Shown: in pieces, positions 59,572-64,000 of the stretch
Layout of the letters: each line of letters opens with the position of its first letter
How positions within the stretch are numbered: the stretch's first letter is position 1
DNA from: Clostridia bacterium
GTDB taxonomy: Bacteria > Bacillota > Clostridia > Monoglobales > Monoglobaceae
Direction of reading: 5' to 3'
NCBI GenBank assembly: GCA_045576835.1
Contig: JAZNHF010000036.1
Span: forward strand, 8,138-72,137
Length of the DNA stretch: 64,000 bases
The notes under the pieces: generated by a model
The model's database searches: none
Seen by the model: only the letters and a program-made list of their open reading frames with translations
What the model was told of the DNA's origin: nothing
Position numbers and translations under genes: made by a program

Positions 59572-60774
59572 ATGAAATACATTGTAATACTTGCAGACGG
59601 TGCCGCAGATACACCAGTTGCCGAGCTTGGCGGAAAAACTCCGCTTGAGGCTGCAGTTAAGCCAAACATTGATGCTCTTGCAGGCAAAGGTGAGGTTGGT
59701 ATGGTAAAGACTGTTCCTGAAGGCTATCCTCCGGGAAGCGATGTTGCAAATCTTGCGGTTTTCGGCTATGACCCGCAGAAATATTATACGGGTCGCTCTC
59801 CGCTTGAAGCCGAGTCTATCGGTGTTCCGCTTAAGCTAACGGACACAACCTTCCGTGCAAATGTTGTAACCTTGTCAGAAGAAGAGCGGTATGAGGACAA
59901 AACAATGGTCGATTACAGCTCTGACGAAATTACAACGGCGGAAGCCCACGAGCTTATAGCATCGGTGAACGAGGCTCTTTCGTGTGATGAATATGAATTT
60001 TATGGCGGAACAAGCTATCGTCATCTGCTTGTATGGCATAATAAGGAAAATGATTTTTCGCTTACTCCGCCTCACGATATTTCAGGCAGAGTTGTCGGTG
60101 AATATCTGCCCAAGGATGAGGTATTACTCTCTCTTATGAAAAAGAGTTACGATATTTTAAAGGAGCATCCGATTAACAAAAGCAGAACAGAGCGTGGGCT
60201 TCACCCTGCAAATTCTGTGTGGATTTGGGGCAACGGAACAAAGCCCGACCTTGATACATATAAAAAGAAGTTCGGCATAAACGGTACGGTTATTTCAGCG
60301 GTAGACCTTATAAAGGGAATAGGCAACTGTGCAGGATTGGATGTTGTAGAGGTGGAGGGTGCAACGGGAACGGTGCATACCAACTTTGACGGCAAAGCCG
60401 AAGCTGCAATTTCTGCTCTTAAAGATGGGGCTGACTTTTTGTATGTCCATCTTGAGGCGGCAGATGAAGCGGGACACAGACACGAGATTGAAAACAAGGT
60501 AAAGGCAATAGAATTGATTGATGCTAAAATTGTTGAACCGATTGTTTCTTATCTTAAACAAAGCGGTGAGGATTTCCACATTCTTATTATGCCTGACCAC
60601 CCGACGCCTCTTGATATTATGACACATACATCAGAACCCGTGCCGTATATCCTGTATAAGAGTGAGAATGAAGTCAATTCCGGCGTAGCTTCCTACACAG
60701 AGGAAAATGCAAGGCAAACGGGTATTTATGAAGAAAACGGATATACTCTTATAAATGGTCTGCTCGGAAAATAG
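59572..60774 (+). CDS. Cofactor-independent phosphoglycerate mutase, ApgM-type (alkaline-phosphatase superfamily)
   Basis: 'MKYIVILADGAADTPVAELGGKTPLE', 'HLEA.DEAGH', 'PDHPTP'. Confidence 0.8.
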   Translation: MKYIVILADGAADTPVAELGGKTPLEAAVKPNIDALAGKGEVGMVKTVPEGYPPGSDVANLAVFGYDPQKYYTGRSPLEAESIGVPLKLTDTTFRANVVTLSEEERYEDKTMVDYSSDEITTAEAHELIASVNEALSCDEYEFYGGTSYRHLLVWHNKENDFSLTPPHDISGRVVGEYLPKDEVLLSLMKKSYDILKEHPINKSRTERGLHPANSVWIWGNGTKPDLDTYKKKFGINGTVISAVDLIKGIGNCAGLDVVEVEGATGTVHTNFDGKAEAAISALKDGADFLYVHLEAADEAGHRHEIENKVKAIELIDAKIVEPIVSYLKQSGEDFHILIMPDHPTPLDIMTHTSEPVPYILYKSENEVNSGVASYTEENARQTGIYEENGYTLINGLLGK

Positions 60775-60848
60775 TGTAAAAAATTGCTTGCATTTTTATT
60801 GTTGATTTGGTATTATAATAATGTCTCTGTTTTAGGAGACGGAAAGGT

Positions 60849-61181
60849 ATGATTGTTATGGCAGAAACAAGTAAGGAAAAGACGGTAAATCCTGCACAAA
60901 AGAGTGCGGACAAAGAGCTTTTGACATACAACGGCAGGAAGTTGCTTCGTTGCGGAAATGAGATTATTTATGGTAATCCTGAGGATAAGTATATCGTTTT
61001 GTTCAGACTGGAGGACAGAGAGCCTCTTGAGGATATAGAGATTGCAAAGCGTGTTGTTATTGAGCTTAAAACCAACGAGGGCAAACGCTCGCAGCTTATT
61101 CGTCAGGCAGAGAGAGACGGCCTTTATAAGGCGTTTGATATTGGTATGTTCTGGCTTGAGCAGGCACTTGAAAACGGCTAA
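60849..61181 (+). CDS. Hypothetical small soluble protein, 110 aa
   Basis: AGGAGA RBS, with its own promoter-like region and terminator. I recognise no family. Confidence 0.5.
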   Translation: MIVMAETSKEKTVNPAQKSADKELLTYNGRKLLRCGNEIIYGNPEDKYIVLFRLEDREPLEDIEIAKRVVIELKTNEGKRSQLIRQAERDGLYKAFDIGMFWLEQALENG

Positions 61182-61194
61182 AATATTGCAGAAT

Positions 61195-61237
61195 AAATCG
61201 GCAGGATTGTTTGTGAAAACAATTTTGCCGATTTTTT
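61195..61237 (+). terminator. Intrinsic terminator
   Basis: AAATCGGCAGGATTGTT / AACAATTTTGCCGATTT 17-bp stem (two G-U pairs), then TTTTT. Confidence 0.75.
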
Positions 61238-61257
61238 GCAAAAAATACAAAAAACAA

Positions 61258-61286
61258 TAGACAAATGCAAACCTGTGTTATATAAT
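61258..61286 (+). promoter_or_regulatory. SigmaA-type promoter for upp
   Basis: TAGACA, 17 nt, TATAAT. Confidence 0.5.
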
Positions 61287-61329
61287 AACCTTAAAAATTA
61301 AACATATGAACAGAAGGAGAAGAATACTT

Positions 61330-61959
61330 ATGAATAAACAAGTGCACGAAATGAACCATCCCTTGATTATGCATAAAATATCAATTCTTCGTGACGAAAA
61401 AACACCTGTAAAAGAGTTCCGTGAGCTTGTGTATGAAATTGCCTTACTTATGGGTTACGAGGCAACAAGAGACCTTGATATGGTAGAGCGTCCCGTAAAG
61501 ACCCCGCTTACCGAAACCAACGGCAAATTCATCTCAAAGCAGGTTGCTCTTATTCCGGTGCTTCGTGCGGGACTTGGTATGGTTGATGCTCTTATGAGCC
61601 TTATACCCGCGTCAAAGGTTGGACATATCGGACTTTACCGTGACCATCATACCCATCAACCGGTCGAATACTATTGCAAGGTTCCGCCCGATATTGAAGA
61701 GAGGCAGGCTATTGTTCTTGACCCTATGCTTGCAACGGGCGGCAGTGCTGTTGCGGCGATTGACTTTTTGAAGAAGCGTGGTGCACAAAAAATAAAGTTT
61801 ATGTGCATAATTGCGGCACCCGAGGGGGTAGAAGCTTTGTCAAAGGCTCACCCTGATGTTGAAATTTTCTGTGGAATAATCGACGAATGTCTTAACGAAA
61901 ATTGTTATATTGTTCCCGGCCTCGGCGATGCAGGCGACCGCTTATTCGGGACTATTTAA
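61330..61959 (+). CDS. upp: Uracil phosphoribosyltransferase
   Basis: 'HPLI.HK.S.LRD..T', 'PVLRAGLGM', PRPP loop '[12 protein letters not shown]', '[12 protein letters not shown]'. AAGGAG precedes ATG 61330. Confidence 0.93.
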   Translation: MNKQVHEMNHPLIMHKISILRDEKTPVKEFRELVYEIALLMGYEATRDLDMVERPVKTPLTETNGKFISKQVALIPVLRAGLGMVDALMSLIPASKVGHIGLYRDHHTHQPVEYYCKVPPDIEERQAIVLDPMLATGGSAVAAIDFLKKRGAQKIKFMCIIAAPEGVEALSKAHPDVEIFCGIIDECLNENCYIVPGLGDAGDRLFGTI

Positions 61960-62042
61960 TTTGTATTAAAAGAGTGTTTCTTGCCTATAACCGAGGGGAC
62001 ACGCTTTCGTAATTAGAAAAAACTAAAAAAGGTGGCATAAAA

Positions 62043-64000
62043 ATGCAAAACAATTTATTTACCAAAGAAGAGATAAAAAACAAGGTATCTTCCAATGACT
62101 TGGTATTTGAGGATATTTCAAAAGATTGGAAGAGCGGCTTGTTTGTCGGGGGCGGAAGTATTGGTGCGATTTCGTATTCCCGAAATAATATGGAGTGGAT
62201 TATTAACAAAAATGATGTTTTTGATTCCAGAGTCCACGATGCTGACCAGAAAACTCACCGTGAGGTTAAGGATTACATAAAAGAGCATAACGAAAAAGAT
62301 TTTAAGTTTATGGGTGAGTTTGAAAAAGTAAACAAACGAGTTGAGCTCTATTCGGTTACGCCTGCTATCTTAAGATTTAGCTTTGGCTCGGGTGATTTAG
62401 GCTGGGGTGCTTCTGCACTTCCCAAGGTTAGCCAACGCCTGTCGCTTTATGAGGGAAAATTATACAGCGAGGCAGATGCGGCGTTTGTCCATGCGAGGGT
62501 TGAGACCTTGTCACCCCACAACAAAAATCTTCTCGCTATCAGAGTAGAGGGTTGCTCCACTCTTGATTGGGGTCATCTTTTTGAATTATACAGACCCTTC
62601 CACGAAGAAATGGAGCTTCCTGAATGGAAGTATGAAAATGATGTGCTCAGCTTTACTCAAAAGATGCCGGGCGGCGATAGCTATGCGGTTGCACTGTATA
62701 TAAAGAACAGGGAGCCGGATGTCAGCAGAGTTAAGTGCGATATGCCTCCTGATTTTGTATATGAGTCTCGGACTCCGCATATAAAAATGGGAAAGATCTC
62801 AAGCTATAGTGCAAAAATCTCGCAGGGGGGAGATGCCGATATATTTGTTTCGGTATGCTCATCATACGAGTTTGACGACCCTCTATGCGCAGCAGTAGAT
62901 GAGGTTTTAAATGCCGCAAAGGTTGGCTATGATGAAATTGAAGCAAATCACAGGAAATGGTGGGAGGATTTCTGGCAGAAGAGTGCAGTTGATTTTGGCA
63001 AATACACAGAGATTGAAAAGAATTGGTATGTCTCTACATATATATTAGGAAGCTCGTTCGGTACTGCACCGATGCCGCCCTTGACTGGAATGTTCTATGG
63101 GCCTTTAAACGAGACTACACCCGGAGTTACGAGTAGTAACTATAATTCTGACCAAAACACTCAAATCCCCGTAATGCCTTTGCATCTGACAAATCATATT
63201 GATTTAATGAAGCCGTTTGTTGATACCTTTGTGAACTCTTATGATGTGTTGAGAGAAGAAACAAAATTCCTGTTTGGGGATACAGGCGGTGATGGCATTT
63301 GTATACCTCTCGCTTCTAATCAGAACGGAAGGGCGTTAGTTTCACCAACATACAGATACACAATCTGCGGAAGTGCATATACAGGGCTTATGCTTTGTTG
63401 GATATGGAAGTACGGCCGCGATCTTGAGATGATGAGGGATAAGGCGTATTTTATCCTTTGCGAGCTTATAAGATTTTATACAAACAATCTGATGGAGCTT
63501 GGAGACGACGGACTTTATCATCTTGATGTGTCAATGCCGCCTGAAATATTTACATTTACAAAGGACGATTGTGCAACCCTTTCGATGCTTAAGGTTTGTC
63601 TTAAAACAGCGGTCGAGGTTGGAAGACTTCTTGGCGAGGATAATGATGAATTAAATCATTGGGAAGAAATGCTCGGCAAGCTTCCTGAACCTGCACATAG
63701 ACCCGATGGTGCGTGGTGGGGCGGTCCTGATATTCCTTATGACCATTTCTTCTTTGGCGGTCATTTGTTCTATCCGTTCTTCCCTTCAGAAATATATATA
63801 TCAGAAGAGGATAAGAAAAACACACAAAAGACACTTGATTTTGTTGATGATTATGCTTATGAGCGTGCGTTTATGGACCGTGAGGGATGCTTCCATATGC
63901 TTCACGATTGGAGTTGGTTCTATACAACAGTCGCAAGACAGAGATTAGGTATGGCAGAGCGTGCAAGAGCTGACCTGAAAGCGTTCTTGGATAATTTTGC
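62043..64000 (+). CDS. Six-hairpin glycoside hydrolase, GH95-like; 3' end outside the window so absent from the ORF track
   Basis: I translated it by hand from ATG 62043 (RBS AAGGTGG) to nt 64000 and found no stop. 'DWKSGLFVGGGSIGAISY' opening and 'HRKWWEDFWQKS' resemble GH95-type enzymes. The family call is tentative. Confidence 0.6.
   Translation, partial: MQNNLFTKEEIKNKVSSNDLVFEDISKDWKSGLFVGGGSIGAISYSRNNMEWIINKNDVFDSRVHDADQKTHREVKDYIKEHNEKDFKFMGEFEKVNKRVELYSVTPAILRFSFGSGDLGWGASALPKVSQRLSLYEGKLYSEADAAFVHARVETLSPHNKNLLAIRVEGCSTLDWGHLFELYRPFHEEMELPEWKYENDVLSFTQKMPGGDSYAVALYIKNREPDVSRVKCDMPPDFVYESRTPHIKMGKISSYSAKISQGGDADIFVSVCSSYEFDDPLCAAVDEVLNAAKVGYDEIEANHRKWWEDFWQKSAVDFGKYTEIEKNWYVSTYILGSSFGTAPMPPLTGMFYGPLNETTPGVTSSNYNSDQNTQIPVMPLHLTNHIDLMKPFVDTFVNSYDVLREETKFLFGDTGGDGICIPLASNQNGRALVSPTYRYTICGSAYTGLMLCWIWKYGRDLEMMRDKAYFILCELIRFYTNNLMELGDDGLYHLDVSMPPEIFTFTKDDCATLSMLKVCLKTAVEVGRLLGEDNDELNHWEEMLGKLPEPAHRPDGAWWGGPDIPYDHFFFGGHLFYPFFPSEIYISEEDKKNTQKTLDFVDDYAYERAFMDREGCFHMLHDWSWFYTTVARQRLGMAERARADLKAFLDNF

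Overview
Mostly housekeeping chromosomal segment of a moderate-GC, spore-forming Firmicute, probably Clostridia. That call rests on lepB-rbgA-rnhB-yraN synteny, spoIVA, yunB, a DUF1540-like sORF, greA-lysS, PFOR, ldh and a standalone tRNA-Gly. I support about 55 protein genes, 1 tRNA, and many hairpin terminators and sigmaA-type promoters read by eye. I found no CRISPR array, IS element, integrase, prophage genes or recognisable defence or toxin genes. Genes run on the + strand from 1 to 21 kb and are mixed after that. The main accessory region is an AraC-associated locus at 44.3-53.9 kb, bracketed by bidirectional terminators. It holds a GH20-like TIM-barrel gene, a large lipoprotein SBP with no ABC partners, a Gfo/Idh/MocA oxidoreductase, an MFS transporter, two tandem paralogues of an unnamed family and an esterase. 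This locus also carries all three reading-frame lesions in the window: an in-frame TAG and two +1 shifts in A-runs. The second notable item is the 186-nt gap before aroA. It holds a consensus promoter, a perfect inverted repeat at the predicted start site and a strong terminator 39 nt before the ATG, which suggests conditional termination by a mechanism I cannot name. Smaller items include a 54-aa Cys-rich sORF absent from the ORF track, a four-domain flavodiiron fusion, a sigmaE-type promoter before spoIVA and an 8-nt microsatellite in a 5' leader. All family calls come from motifs I recognise by eye, and no database search was run. I cannot show that any of this is a new system; the AraC locus and the aroA leader are the best candidates.
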